Shown here piece by piece: positions 48,486-58,583 of a DNA stretch of 64,000 nt (the first letter of the stretch is position 1; the number at the start of each line of letters is the position of its first letter). The notes beneath the pieces are model-generated. The model searched no databases and was not told where the DNA came from. It worked only from the letters and a program-made list of their open reading frames with translations. The stretch spans positions 224,001-288,000 of the forward strand of contig CAVRCJ010000010.1 in the NCBI GenBank assembly GCA_963719515.1. Direction: 5' to 3'. This DNA comes from an uncultured cyanobacterium (lineage in GTDB: Bacteria; Cyanobacteriota; Cyanobacteriia; CAKZMO01). The position numbers and the translations under genes are program-made.

Positions 48486-50998
48486 TCCGACAAAAGCGCA
48501 GACGGCTCATCCTAATGCTGCTCACGGCCCTGGTCGCGGTAGGCATTGCCGCTACCTCCCGCCCCGCTCAGGGCCAAACTCCAGCGCCGGCTCCGACTCA
48601 GGTTTCTCTTCGGGCCTCAATGCAGCAGGGGCAGGCGCTTATGCGCAGCGAGCGCTACGCGGAAGCGGCGCAGGTGTGGCAGCAGCTCGCCCAGTCCCAA
48701 CCGCAGCAGGCGGCGATCGCCTTCAGCTATTTAGCGGTGGCCCAGCAAAGCTTAGCGCAGTGGGACGCCGCTCAAGCGTCCCTAGTTCAGGGGTTGGGGG
48801 CCCTTCATCAGGCCCCAACCGATGCCGCCCGCGGAATTCGGGCGCGGCTGCTCAACGCGGCGGGGCAACAGGCCCTCTCTCAAGGGCAGCCGGAGGTGGC
48901 GCTGGAGCAGTGGCAGGCGGCGGCGGCAGCCTACGAAGCGGACGGAGACATAACGGGGCAAATTGGCAGCCAGATTAACCAGGCGATCGCCCTACAAAGC
49001 CTGGGATTTTACCGGCGATCGCGGCGACAGCTAGAGGCCCTACAGCCGCAGCTACAGGAGCAGGCCCCTGTCATAAGGGCGACGGGGCTTCGGCAGTTAG
49101 GCGTAGCCTACCGGCTCACGGGAGACCTCCCCCAAGCCCAAAGTCTGCTGGAAGCTAGTCTTGAAGCGATGCCCCAGCCCAATACCCGCCTGAGTCTAGG
49201 CCATGTCTTGCTGCAGCGCGGGGAAGATGACGCCGCCCTGCAGCAGTACCAGCGCGCCTACGAAAGCGCTCAGGCTCCGGCGCTGCGCCTCAGCGCTCAA
49301 GTTAGCGAGCTTCAGCTTCTCATCGAAAGCAACCCGGACGAGGCCCGCGCCCTAGCTGGGCTGCTTCCGCCACAGCTCACAGCAGCAGGCCCCAGCCGTC
49401 CCACCGTCTTTGCCCGCGTTAGCCTGGCGCAGGCGCTCATGCAGCTTGCGGGGGACTGCCCCGCAGCCTCCTGTTACCTTGAGGCGCTGGAGCAGCTGAA
49501 GCAGGCGACGACGCAGTCCCGCCAGCTTCAGGACAAGCGCGCCGAGTCTTTCGCCCTCGGCACTTTAGGACTGCTGTATCAACAGGCTGGGCAGTGGGCT
49601 GACGCTGAGACGGTAACAGCCGACGCTCTGCGGCTTGCCCAGAGCTTAAAGGCCCAAGATTTGACGGCTCAGTGGCAGCGGCAGAGAGGGAAAATTGCTC
49701 TCAAGCAGGGCCGCCCTACCCAGGCGATCGCCGCCTACCAAGCTGCGGCGGAGGCGCTGCACGACCTGCGACAGGACTTAGCTGCAGTGGGCTCAGACGT
49801 ACAGTTTTCCTTTACCCGGTCTGTGGAGCCGGTCTACCGCGAGCTCATTCAGCTTCTGCTCGCGACCCCAGCCAAACAAGTCCGCCCCACCCAGGGCCGT
49901 CTCCGCCAAACCCTCGACGTCTTGGAAGACCTCAAGCTAGCTGAGCTAGATAACTTTTTTCGCCAGGCCTGCCTCACGGCAACCTCCCAGCCTCTCGACA
50001 GCATTGACCCTGCCGCCGCCATCATCTACCCCATCATTCTGCCCGATCGCCTAGCGGTCATTGTGGCGCGTCCCCAGCGGCCGCTGCTCTACCACGAGAC
50101 GCGGCTGCCCCAGGCGGAGACTCTGGCACATATCGAACAGCTGCGGCTATACCTCAACCCGGTCTTTCTGGACGAGACGCGGCTGCAGCTCTCCCAAACC
50201 CTCTACCAGTGGCTTTTAGGTCCGGTGGATAGTTCACTACGGCAGCAAGGCATTAAGACCCTAGTGTTTGTGCCCGACGGTCCGCTAAATAATCTGCCGA
50301 TGGCGGCCCTCCACGATGGGGAGCGCTACGTGATTGAAACCTACGGCGTAGCGATCGCTCCTAGCCTGAAGCTGATTGATCCCCAGCAGCTAGAGCGCAG
50401 CGACATCCAGGTGCTGGCGGCGGGGATTAGCGAGCCGCGCCTTGGGTTCTCTCCTCTGCCGGAGGTAGAGACCGAGCTAGCGCAGATTCAGCAAGAAACC
50501 GAGGCCCGTCTGCTGCTCAATCGGAGCTTCACTCAAGACGCCCTGCTAGGCCAAGTGAGCCGCCGTTCGCCGGTGGTCCACCTAGCGACCCACGGCCAGT
50601 TTGGAGCGACGACGGAAGAGACCTTCCTGCTGGCCTGGGATGGCGTCATCGACATCGACACCTTAAGTCTGCTAATTGAGCCGGGGGAGCGACGCAGCAC
50701 TCCGATTGAGCTGCTGGTGCTCAGCGCTTGTCAAACGGCGACGGGCGACGAGCAGACTGTTTTGGGGCTCTCAGGGCTTGCCGTTCGCTCCGGGGCGCGC
50801 AGCACCCTGGGCACCCTGTGGCAGGTGGGCGATCGCTCCACGGCGATGGTGATGGCAACGTTCTACCGAGAATTCACCGGCTCCACCCAGCCCAAGGTCG
50901 AGGCGCTGCGGCAGGCGCAGCTTCAGCTGCTCAATACGCCGGACTTTGCCCACCCGTTCTACTGGTCAGCCTACGTCATGGTGGGCAATTGGCTCTAG
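48482..50998 (+). CDS. TPR + CHAT (caspase-like) domain protein with signal peptide
   Basis: TPR helices; HLATHG (His), LVLSACQTA (Cys), HPFYWSAY. Confidence 0.92.
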   Translation: MIRQKRRRLILMLLTALVAVGIAATSRPAQGQTPAPAPTQVSLRASMQQGQALMRSERYAEAAQVWQQLAQSQPQQAAIAFSYLAVAQQSLAQWDAAQASLVQGLGALHQAPTDAARGIRARLLNAAGQQALSQGQPEVALEQWQAAAAAYEADGDITGQIGSQINQAIALQSLGFYRRSRRQLEALQPQLQEQAPVIRATGLRQLGVAYRLTGDLPQAQSLLEASLEAMPQPNTRLSLGHVLLQRGEDDAALQQYQRAYESAQAPALRLSAQVSELQLLIESNPDEARALAGLLPPQLTAAGPSRPTVFARVSLAQALMQLAGDCPAASCYLEALEQLKQATTQSRQLQDKRAESFALGTLGLLYQQAGQWADAETVTADALRLAQSLKAQDLTAQWQRQRGKIALKQGRPTQAIAAYQAAAEALHDLRQDLAAVGSDVQFSFTRSVEPVYRELIQLLLATPAKQVRPTQGRLRQTLDVLEDLKLAELDNFFRQACLTATSQPLDSIDPAAAIIYPIILPDRLAVIVARPQRPLLYHETRLPQAETLAHIEQLRLYLNPVFLDETRLQLSQTLYQWLLGPVDSSLRQQGIKTLVFVPDGPLNNLPMAALHDGERYVIETYGVAIAPSLKLIDPQQLERSDIQVLAAGISEPRLGFSPLPEVETELAQIQQETEARLLLNRSFTQDALLGQVSRRSPVVHLATHGQFGATTEETFLLAWDGVIDIDTLSLLIEPGERRSTPIELLVLSACQTATGDEQTVLGLSGLAVRSGARSTLGTLWQVGDRSTAMVMATFYREFTGSTQPKVEALRQAQLQLLNTPDFAHPFYWSAYVMVGNWL

Positions 50999-51255
50999 AC
51001 AAATTAGTCCGCAGTTAAAGAATTAGTGAAGCGTACGCGCTGAAAGAGCGGCTCAGTTCGCAGGTCACTATACTTAGGTATACTGGTCCATCAGTAATTT
51101 CACAGGCTAGCGCGAGGCGGAAAATTTGCTTAACTCGCGCTGTCTCAATCCCGCACGCAGCGCCTGAGTTTTAGCCCAGCGGTCTATCGCAATTTGAAAG
51201 TTCCGTACGTAGCAGCATCACTGGTGCCCAGCTTCCCCAACTGCGAATCAGCCCC

Positions 51256-52014
51256 ATGATTTTGTCTCAGTCCATCGCTAAAACCGTCATCAAAGCGAGC
51301 TCCCTTATCCTATCGGGGGCGACCGCCGTTGGGCTTTCTGGCGCTGCGCTGGCCCATCATCACCCCACGGCCCACTCCTCCAACGACGCGACCTCAATTT
51401 TTCTGCCCCCCACCGATGAAACCCACACCACCTCCCGGGCCGGGGGGAGTCGCAGCGCGGCTGGGTGTCGCAATGATGCAGAGACCGCCATTCTGACGGC
51501 GATCGCCCCGCAACAGCAGGTGGGTCTGACGGCAGCGGCCCATCCAACGGTTTTGGTCTACGTTCCTGAGACCTCTGCGCAACAGCTTTATTTCAGCGTC
51601 AAGACCACCTCTGGTCAAGGACATTACGAGACCGTGCTGCCCCTTTCTCAAGCCGATAGCCTCGTTGCCCTGGCCCTGCCTACCGAGGCTCCGCCGCTGG
51701 CGATGGGTGAAACCTACGAGTGGGGCGTTGGACTCATTTGCCCCTCTGGGCAGACGGATATGCCGTGGCAGCAGGGCCAAATTAAGCGGGTGGCGCTACC
51801 GGCAGCCCTCCCTAACCCGCCTTTAGAGCGGGCGGCGGCACTGGGCCAGCTGGGGCTTTGGTACGACACCGTCACAGCGCTCACGCTGGCGCGACAAAAC
51901 GCCCCCTTGAGCTCACCGCAGCAGACCAATTTGTTGAATAGCTGGGCGCAAATTTTAGACTGGACCGGGGCTACTGCACCCGCGACCGAATCAATTCTGT
52001 CTACGATGCGTTAG
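51256..52014 (+). CDS. DUF928 domain protein
   Basis: Signal peptide, AGGSR..C, GLTAAAHPTVLVYVP, GLWYD; typical position between CHAT and CHASE2 genes. Confidence 0.85.
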   Translation: MILSQSIAKTVIKASSLILSGATAVGLSGAALAHHHPTAHSSNDATSIFLPPTDETHTTSRAGGSRSAAGCRNDAETAILTAIAPQQQVGLTAAAHPTVLVYVPETSAQQLYFSVKTTSGQGHYETVLPLSQADSLVALALPTEAPPLAMGETYEWGVGLICPSGQTDMPWQQGQIKRVALPAALPNPPLERAAALGQLGLWYDTVTALTLARQNAPLSSPQQTNLLNSWAQILDWTGATAPATESILSTMR

Positions 52015-52021
52015 AACCTTA

Positions 52022-55000
52022 GTGATGTTGCTGCTGATCAACCTGTGGCGTTACTATCGGCAAGCTCCCCGCACGCTGTCCCTGCTGGCCATTGCGGCAC
52101 TGACGACAGCGGGGGTATTGACCGCCCGCAGTACGGGAATGCTGCAGTCTCTTGAGCTTGCGGTCTACGATATTTTTTGTCAGCGTCACGAGTTGGGCCA
52201 GCCGCATCAGGCCGCTGACGGGGAAGCTAACAGGGATGAGCTGCTCATTGTCACCGTTGGGGAAGCCGATATTCAAGCCTTAGGGCACTACCCCCTCAGC
52301 GACGCCACCCTAGCTCGCTTGATCCGCCAGATCTCTGCTCATCAGCCGTCCGCTATCGGGTTAGACCTATTTCGCGACGTTCCCGTCGCCCCGGGGACAT
52401 CGGACTGGCAGCAGGTTGCCGGCAGCACTCCTCACTTGTTTGGCATCGACAAAATCATTGGGAATCCCGTCGCAGCGCCGCTGATGTTTCAGCCCCACCA
52501 GGTAGGCTTTAGCGACCTGATTCCTGACCCCGACGGGAAGGTGCGGCGCGCGCTGATCTCTTACCCAAACCAGCAGGGTGACCTACAGCTGAGCTTTGCG
52601 GCCAAGCTAGCGCTCCACTATTTAGAGCAGCAGGGAATTTTTCCCCAGCCGACGGCGTCAGGCGCGATCGCGCTGGGTGAGACCAAAATCGTGCCCTTTC
52701 GTAAGCGGGATGGGGCCTATGCCACGGTTTCGGGCGGCGGCTATCAGACGATAATCGACTACCGAGGGCACCTAGAAGCGTTCCCCCATGTCTCTATGGC
52801 CCAGATTCTTGAGGGCAGCGTAGATCCAGCCCTCATTCGGGGTCGCGTCGTGCTGGTTGGCATCACGGCCCCCAGCGTTGGGGACGAATTCTTCACCGCC
52901 CACAGCAAGACAATCGAAGGGCAAACGCAGTCGACCTACGGCGTTGTCATCCACGCCAATGCTGTTAGCTATTTGGTGGATACTGCCCTTGGCAGGCGGG
53001 CTAGAGTGCGGGTGTGGCCAGAGTGGGTCGAGATGGGCTGGATTGCAGGGTGGGCGATCGCCAGCGCGGCCCTGTTTTTGTGGTGGGAGGGGCGGTGGCA
53101 ACAGACTAACGCGCTATCCTACGGCGTGCGGGTCATAGGCAGTGCGGTGCTCCCCGCTGGCGTGATGTATACGCTAGCCTACGTCTCGCTGTTGGGAAAC
53201 TGGTGGATACCGGTTGTCCCACCCGTGCTCAGCATTGCCGGAACCATCCTACTGGCCGCTATATACATGGCGTTCAAGTCGGAGCGCGACGCTACTCGAT
53301 CTTTGGCCTGCTACTCCCAGGAGTTAGAGCGCCAGGTGGCCAAGCAGGTGGCCGATTTGACCTACAGCGAAGAGCGATTCCGCCGCTCCTTTGACGATGC
53401 CGGTATTGGCATGGCGCTTATCTCTGTGGAAGGGCAATGGCTGCGGGTTAATGATTCTTTCTGCGAAATGCTGGGCTACCGTTCAGCTGAGCTGCTGAAA
53501 ACCTCCTTTACAGCCCTCACCCATCAAGAGGATCTAGCGGCGGAGATGGGGCTAATGCAGCAGACGCTGTCTGGGGATATCCACACCTACCAGCTTGAAA
53601 AGCGCTGTCAACATTTCTCTGGGCACTGGGTTTGGATAGACAGGACGGTCTCTTTAGTGCGAGATACTAGCGGGAAGCCCCTACATTTTGTCCTCCAAAG
53701 CCAGGACATCAGCGAGAGAAAGCGGCACGAGGCCGAGCGTAAGCGGGTAGAAGCCGAGTTAAATGCCGCTAAGGAGGCGGCAGAATTTGCCAATCAGGCC
53801 AAAAGCACCTTCCTATCCAATATGAGCCACGAGCTGCGAACCCCCCTCAACGTCATCTTAGGCATGGCTCAGCTGCTGCAGCGCTCTAGTCAGTCCAACA
53901 TGCAGGAGCTGACGACCATTTTGCGCAGCGGTGACCATTTGCTTTCCCTGATTAACCAGGTGCTGGATCTTTCAAAAATTGAGGCGGGCCAAAATGCCTG
54001 CAGTTCTAGCCCTTTTAGTCTGCACGACCTGCTTCAGACGCTCCAGACCATAATGCAGCCCCACGCTCGGGCTAAGGGACTGACATTTACCGTCACCGTC
54101 ACTCCTGACGTGCCGAATGCCCTAATGGGAGACGCTCAGAAGCTGCAGCAGGTGCTGATTAACCTGCTGGGCAATGCCATCAAGTTCACAGAGACGGGAT
54201 GGGTCGAGCTGCGGGTCGCTCGCCAGCAAGATACCGCCTCACCAGCAGAGCCTTGTCTAAAAATCCCGCTGCGGTTTGAGGTTAAGGACAGCGGCGTCGG
54301 GGTGCCGCTTGAGGCGCAGGCAAGTATCTTTCATCCCTTTGAGCAGGCCCACAGCCGCTTGGCGCGGCAAGGAACGGGGCTGGGGCTAGCCATCAGTAGT
54401 CAGCTCGTTGAGCTTATGGGCGGGGCGATCGCCCTGCAAAGTATCCCCGGCGTCGGGTCGACCTTTGCGGTGACTCTGGCGCTGCCCATCGGGAAACTCC
54501 CAGCTGTTGGCAGCGATGGGAGCGCTTATCTGGGGTTTTCTCCTAACGCCAAGGCCTACCGAATTTTGATCGTAGACGACATTGCTGAGAACCGCTATCT
54601 GCTGCGGCAGCTGCTGGCCCCCGTTGGGTTTGACCTTGAGGAGGCTACCGATGGGCAAGAGGCAATCGACCAGTGGCACCGCTGGCAGCCTCACCTGATC
54701 TTGATGGATATGTGTATGCCCAAGGTGGATGGCTACCAGGCCACGCGCCAAATTCTGGCCCAAGCCGCGATCGCTCAGGCTACCGCCCCAAATTCAGCTC
54801 AGAATTTGACTCAAAATTTGGCCCCAACCGCTGTCCCCGTTACCGTCGTCGCGGTGACCGCCCGAGTGCTAGGCGCAGGCCGAGAAGAGGCGATCGCGGC
54901 GGGCTGCGCAGCGGTGATCAGTAAACCAATCGATGCGGTGACGCTGCTGAAGACCATCGCCGAGCATCTCGGGCTAGCGGTTGAAGGCGAGGGTTCTGTA

Positions 55001-55309
55001 AGCCAGACCCTGGGCGATCGCGCTTTGGCGGGGCTATCGTCTGAAGCGGCACCCCCCCCTCTAACTTCCGGCGGTTTAGCAGCGCTGCCAGTGGAGTGGC
55101 AGCAGCAGCTCTACGATGCGGCAGTTCTTGGGGATGACGATGCCATCTTGCAGCTGTTGGAGAACTTACCTGAACAGCATCAGCGCCTTGGCGATACTAT
55201 TCGACATTATGCTAGTCGGTACGACTTCGTGACGATTATTGAGGCTAGCGCTCTGGGGGGGCGAGGGCTCTCGCTACAGGGGACTGCAGCCGCTGACGAA
55301 TCGAGGTGA
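52022..55309 (+). CDS. Hybrid histidine kinase: CHASE2, TM helices, PAS, HisKA/HATPase, receiver
   Basis: AIGLDLFRD, DPDGKVRR, GVVIHA; MSHELRTPLN, NLLGNAIKFT, DSGVG, GTGLGL; ILIVDD, LMD, SKP. Confidence 0.93.
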   Translation: MMLLLINLWRYYRQAPRTLSLLAIAALTTAGVLTARSTGMLQSLELAVYDIFCQRHELGQPHQAADGEANRDELLIVTVGEADIQALGHYPLSDATLARLIRQISAHQPSAIGLDLFRDVPVAPGTSDWQQVAGSTPHLFGIDKIIGNPVAAPLMFQPHQVGFSDLIPDPDGKVRRALISYPNQQGDLQLSFAAKLALHYLEQQGIFPQPTASGAIALGETKIVPFRKRDGAYATVSGGGYQTIIDYRGHLEAFPHVSMAQILEGSVDPALIRGRVVLVGITAPSVGDEFFTAHSKTIEGQTQSTYGVVIHANAVSYLVDTALGRRARVRVWPEWVEMGWIAGWAIASAALFLWWEGRWQQTNALSYGVRVIGSAVLPAGVMYTLAYVSLLGNWWIPVVPPVLSIAGTILLAAIYMAFKSERDATRSLACYSQELERQVAKQVADLTYSEERFRRSFDDAGIGMALISVEGQWLRVNDSFCEMLGYRSAELLKTSFTALTHQEDLAAEMGLMQQTLSGDIHTYQLEKRCQHFSGHWVWIDRTVSLVRDTSGKPLHFVLQSQDISERKRHEAERKRVEAELNAAKEAAEFANQAKSTFLSNMSHELRTPLNVILGMAQLLQRSSQSNMQELTTILRSGDHLLSLINQVLDLSKIEAGQNACSSSPFSLHDLLQTLQTIMQPHARAKGLTFTVTVTPDVPNALMGDAQKLQQVLINLLGNAIKFTETGWVELRVARQQDTASPAEPCLKIPLRFEVKDSGVGVPLEAQASIFHPFEQAHSRLARQGTGLGLAISSQLVELMGGAIALQSIPGVGSTFAVTLALPIGKLPAVGSDGSAYLGFSPNAKAYRILIVDDIAENRYLLRQLLAPVGFDLEEATDGQEAIDQWHRWQPHLILMDMCMPKVDGYQATRQILAQAAIAQATAPNSAQNLTQNLAPTAVPVTVVAVTARVLGAGREEAIAAGCAAVISKPIDAVTLLKTIAEHLGLAVEGEGSVSQTLGDRALAGLSSEAAPPPLTSGGLAALPVEWQQQLYDAAVLGDDDAILQLLENLPEQHQRLGDTIRHYASRYDFVTIIEASALGGRGLSLQGTAAADESR

Positions 55310-55342
55310 GGGTGAGCTAGCGCGATTGTGGGTAAGGCAAGC

Positions 55343-56344
55343 CTACCTGTACAATCCTGCCACATACTCCCCGTAGCCGTTGTAGGGCAGCGTGGGCACC
55401 GCCGTTGTCGTAAACTCAGGTTCCGGGCCAATCAGCTTCTCCTCCGCTTGGGACCAGCGGGGATGGGGCACAGTGGGATCTACATTTGACTCGAAGGCAT
55501 ACTCATTGGGGGCGATGGTGTTCCAGTAGGTGGCGGGCTGCTCGGCCACGAACTCAATCTTGACGATAGACTTGGCTCCCTTGAAGCCATACTTCCAGGG
55601 CACCACCATCCGGATGGGGGCGCCGTGCTGCTTGGGCAACGTTTGGCCGTACAGGCCCACCGCGAAGAACGCCAGCTCATTGGCCATCTCGTCTACGCGC
55701 AGTCCCTCGGTGTAGGGCCAGGGCAAAAACAGGGTGGTAAAGCTGGGGCCGGGGGTGACGTCTTTGTCGTAGTAGGAGGTGAAGCGGACGAACTTAGCCT
55801 CAGGTTTAGGGTCTACCGCTTCGAGAAGCGATCGCATCGGAAAGCCTATCCAGGGCACCACCATGGACCAGGCCTCGACGCAGCGGAAGCGGTAAATGCG
55901 CTCCTCCAGGGAGAACTCGCGGGTGAGGTCGTCGAGGTCGTAGGTGCGGGGGGCGTTGACTAGCCCGGTGACCTCCACCGTCCAGGGGTCGGTGGGCAGC
56001 GCTTGGGCCGCCTCCCAGATGTTTTTGGTGCCGCCGAACTCGTAGAAGTTGTTGTAGGTGGCGGCCACCTGCCGGGACGTCAGCGGACGCTCTAGGTCGG
56101 CGAAATTAGAGTTGGGGCCGAAGGTCAGCGCTTGAAGCCCGGACAGAACGTCTGCGGCAGGATCAGACCCGGTCCCTGTCTTATCGGTAGGCAGGCGATC
56201 GCACCCCACCGCCGAGACCACTGACGCGCCAATCCCCATCCCGACGGCGCTTTTGAGAAAGCGGCGGCGGTTCCAGTAAGCGGCCTCTAGGGTAACGCGG
56301 CGCTCTGGAAGCTGCCAGGGTTTGGGGATGTGGATAAAGGGCAT
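55343..56344 (-). CDS. msrP: Protein-methionine-sulfoxide reductase catalytic subunit
   Basis: Tat motif NRRRFLK, YNNFYEF, YRFRCVEAW, VPWKYGFKGAKSI, HPRWSQA. Confidence 0.95.
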   Translation of the reverse strand: MPFIHIPKPWQLPERRVTLEAAYWNRRRFLKSAVGMGIGASVVSAVGCDRLPTDKTGTGSDPAADVLSGLQALTFGPNSNFADLERPLTSRQVAATYNNFYEFGGTKNIWEAAQALPTDPWTVEVTGLVNAPRTYDLDDLTREFSLEERIYRFRCVEAWSMVVPWIGFPMRSLLEAVDPKPEAKFVRFTSYYDKDVTPGPSFTTLFLPWPYTEGLRVDEMANELAFFAVGLYGQTLPKQHGAPIRMVVPWKYGFKGAKSIVKIEFVAEQPATYWNTIAPNEYAFESNVDPTVPHPRWSQAEEKLIGPEPEFTTTAVPTLPYNGYGEYVAGLYR

Positions 56345-56464
56345 AGGGAAAAACGCGGTATCGGACTAATTGAATATTAGAAGAAACAGATGAGATGTTT
56401 CTGAATTACGGTCGGGTTTTTCGGAAGAAGTCTTCAAAGATGGATTGAGGTGAGCAGAAGCGCG

Positions 56465-57448
56465 CTAGCAAGACGCCGCGCCCCAGGGTTCCTTCGAGGT
56501 CGCCAGCGACTGAAACTGAGGCAGAACCTGCCCGATTTCCTCCAGCATCTCTGAGGCCGGACGTCCGCCGTACTTAAAGTTAAAGGCCACATGATTCACG
56601 CCGATCGCCTTTAGGTGCAGCAGCAGGTCAACCAGTCGATCGCGGCCCAGACGGTATCCCAGGTGAATTGGCGTGGCGGGCTCGCTGGGGTTCTCCACCA
56701 GATCTACATAGAGAGACTGGGCATAGGGCTTAAAGACGCCGGGGGCAAGCTGCGCCGTCAGGCTGCGCCAGTCATCGATGATGCGGGCCTGCATCTGGGG
56801 GTGGCGGGGGTAGTAGAGCCAGCCGTCGGCGTGCTCCGCAATCCATTCGGGAGACTGGCGGCTGTGGCCGGTGACCAGTAGGGGAATGCGATCGCAGGCG
56901 GGTTTGGGCAATAGGTCCGCCCCTTCCAGGGTGGTGAGGGGCGATCGCACCACCGGAAAGGACTGCTCTAGCACCTGCTTGAAGTCGGTAAACGTATGCA
57001 GGAAGCGCTCTCCCCGCTGCTCGCGGCCTATGCCAAAGGCGGGAAACTCCACGGGGCGATCGCCTGAGGCAATCCCCATCACCAGCCGCCCGCCAGAGAG
57101 CTGGTCCACCGACGCTGCCGCTTTGGCTAAGTGGAGGGAATGACGCTGGGAGAAGATAATGCTGCCGGTGGCTAGGGCAATCTCGCGGGTGTGGGCGGCC
57201 ACGTAGCCCAGGTAAACCCAGGGATCGTAGATTTGTCCCACGTCCCCGAAGCTAGGGTCGTGCAGCGGCACGTCCCGCACCCAGAGGGCGGCAAACCCCA
57301 GCGCCTCGGCCCGCTGGGCTAGGGCGACCTGGTTTTCCATGGTGGGAATGCTGCCTTTGTAAGCCTCAATGGCGAAGAAGACGCCTAGACTCAGCTGACC
57401 CTCGGCAAACATTCGCTGAAAGCCTGGGTTGAAGAATGGCGTAGTCAT
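56465..57448 (-). CDS. LLM class flavin-dependent oxidoreductase
   Basis: ALWVRDVPL.DPSFGD.GQ.YDPW, ASGDRPVEFPAF. Confidence 0.9.
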   Translation of the reverse strand: MTTPFFNPGFQRMFAEGQLSLGVFFAIEAYKGSIPTMENQVALAQRAEALGFAALWVRDVPLHDPSFGDVGQIYDPWVYLGYVAAHTREIALATGSIIFSQRHSLHLAKAAASVDQLSGGRLVMGIASGDRPVEFPAFGIGREQRGERFLHTFTDFKQVLEQSFPVVRSPLTTLEGADLLPKPACDRIPLLVTGHSRQSPEWIAEHADGWLYYPRHPQMQARIIDDWRSLTAQLAPGVFKPYAQSLYVDLVENPSEPATPIHLGYRLGRDRLVDLLLHLKAIGVNHVAFNFKYGGRPASEMLEEIGQVLPQFQSLATSKEPWGAASC

Positions 57449-57468
57449 CGGCGATTCTCCAAAGTAGA

Positions 57469-58494
57469 TTAGGCAGCGGGCTTCAGCACAATCGTCCCCA
57501 GGGCAGCGCCCGCCGCTAGCCGCTCATGGGCCGCACGAGCCTCAGACAGCGGGTAAACCTTATCGAGGGTGGGCTGAATTTTACCAGCTTTCACCTGCTC
57601 TAGACCCCAAAGTAGATCTGCCCTATCGCCCATGAATGTACCTCGAATTTGCTGCTGAGCCAAGAAGAAGGGAAACAGGTCAATTGTAGCCTCTGCCCCT
57701 GTGACCATCCCCATGGATACTAGGGTGCCTGTGGGCTTTAGCGCCTTTAGGGAATCCGTCAAAAAGCGTCCCCCTAGGTTGTCGAGCACTACGTCAGCGC
57801 CTTGGCCATCGGTCCAGTTTTTGACAAGCGATACGAAGTCTTCCGACTCGGTCTTAATCACCAGATCCGCGCCCAAGCGCTTGACGAAGTTATCTTTGCC
57901 CGGCGTCCTGACGGTGGCGGCGACCTTGGCCCCCAGCACCTTGGCCACCTGAACGCTGATCGACCCCGTCCCGGACGCGGCTCCGTGGATGACGACAGCA
58001 TCTCCCGGCTTCACCCCACCCACGGTCCTTAAGGCGCGGACGCAGGTCACCAGCGGCATAGGCAGCGTCGCCACCTGCGCGTCAGACAGGCCCGTGTCGT
58101 CTTTCACCAGCCAGGTCTCTGGCACCACCATGTATTCAGCGTAGGTGCCCCACTCTGCCACACCCCGAATCAGGTAGCTGGGGGCGGCGCTCATGGGATG
58201 GACGCGGCTCTCCTCTAGGGGATACCCTGGCATCGGAATGACCCGCTCTCCCACCTGAAACCGACTCGCCCCTAGGCCGTTGGCGTCTACCAGTCCTACG
58301 GCATCAGAGCCGAGCACGTGGGGAAAGCGAATATCGGGGTTGACGCCGCCCAAGCGCAGGTAGTGGTCGAGGCGGTTGAGACCGCTGGCCAGAATTTTGA
58401 GGCGCACTTCTCCGGGCTTGGGGTCCGGGGTCTCGACGTCGATGTAGTCGAAGACCTCTGGCTCACCAAATTTATTGATCACTGAAGCTTTCAT
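57469..58494 (-). CDS. MDR/zinc-binding dehydrogenase family (quinone oxidoreductase-like)
   Basis: GLNRLD, PHVLGSDAVG, HGAASGTG. Confidence 0.88.
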   Translation of the reverse strand: MKASVINKFGEPEVFDYIDVETPDPKPGEVRLKILASGLNRLDHYLRLGGVNPDIRFPHVLGSDAVGLVDANGLGASRFQVGERVIPMPGYPLEESRVHPMSAAPSYLIRGVAEWGTYAEYMVVPETWLVKDDTGLSDAQVATLPMPLVTCVRALRTVGGVKPGDAVVIHGAASGTGSISVQVAKVLGAKVAATVRTPGKDNFVKRLGADLVIKTESEDFVSLVKNWTDGQGADVVLDNLGGRFLTDSLKALKPTGTLVSMGMVTGAEATIDLFPFFLAQQQIRGTFMGDRADLLWGLEQVKAGKIQPTLDKVYPLSEARAAHERLAAGAALGTIVLKPAA

Positions 58495-58583
58495 GGGTTT
58501 CCTCGTGAACTGTTGTTGATAAAGAGTTGACTCAGAGACAGGACTGGCTTCCTACCAGGAGGATGTTTAAGGGCAAAAAAAAT

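Noticed and set aside
51109..51141. 8-bp stem AGCGCGAG...CTCGCGCT between the CHAT and DUF928 genes
   Set aside because: No U-tract and no second copy; not enough to call a terminator or ncRNA
58550..58563. TCCTACCAGGAGGA as a third TetR operator
   Set aside because: Only one half-site matches and the spacing differs from the two strong palindromes
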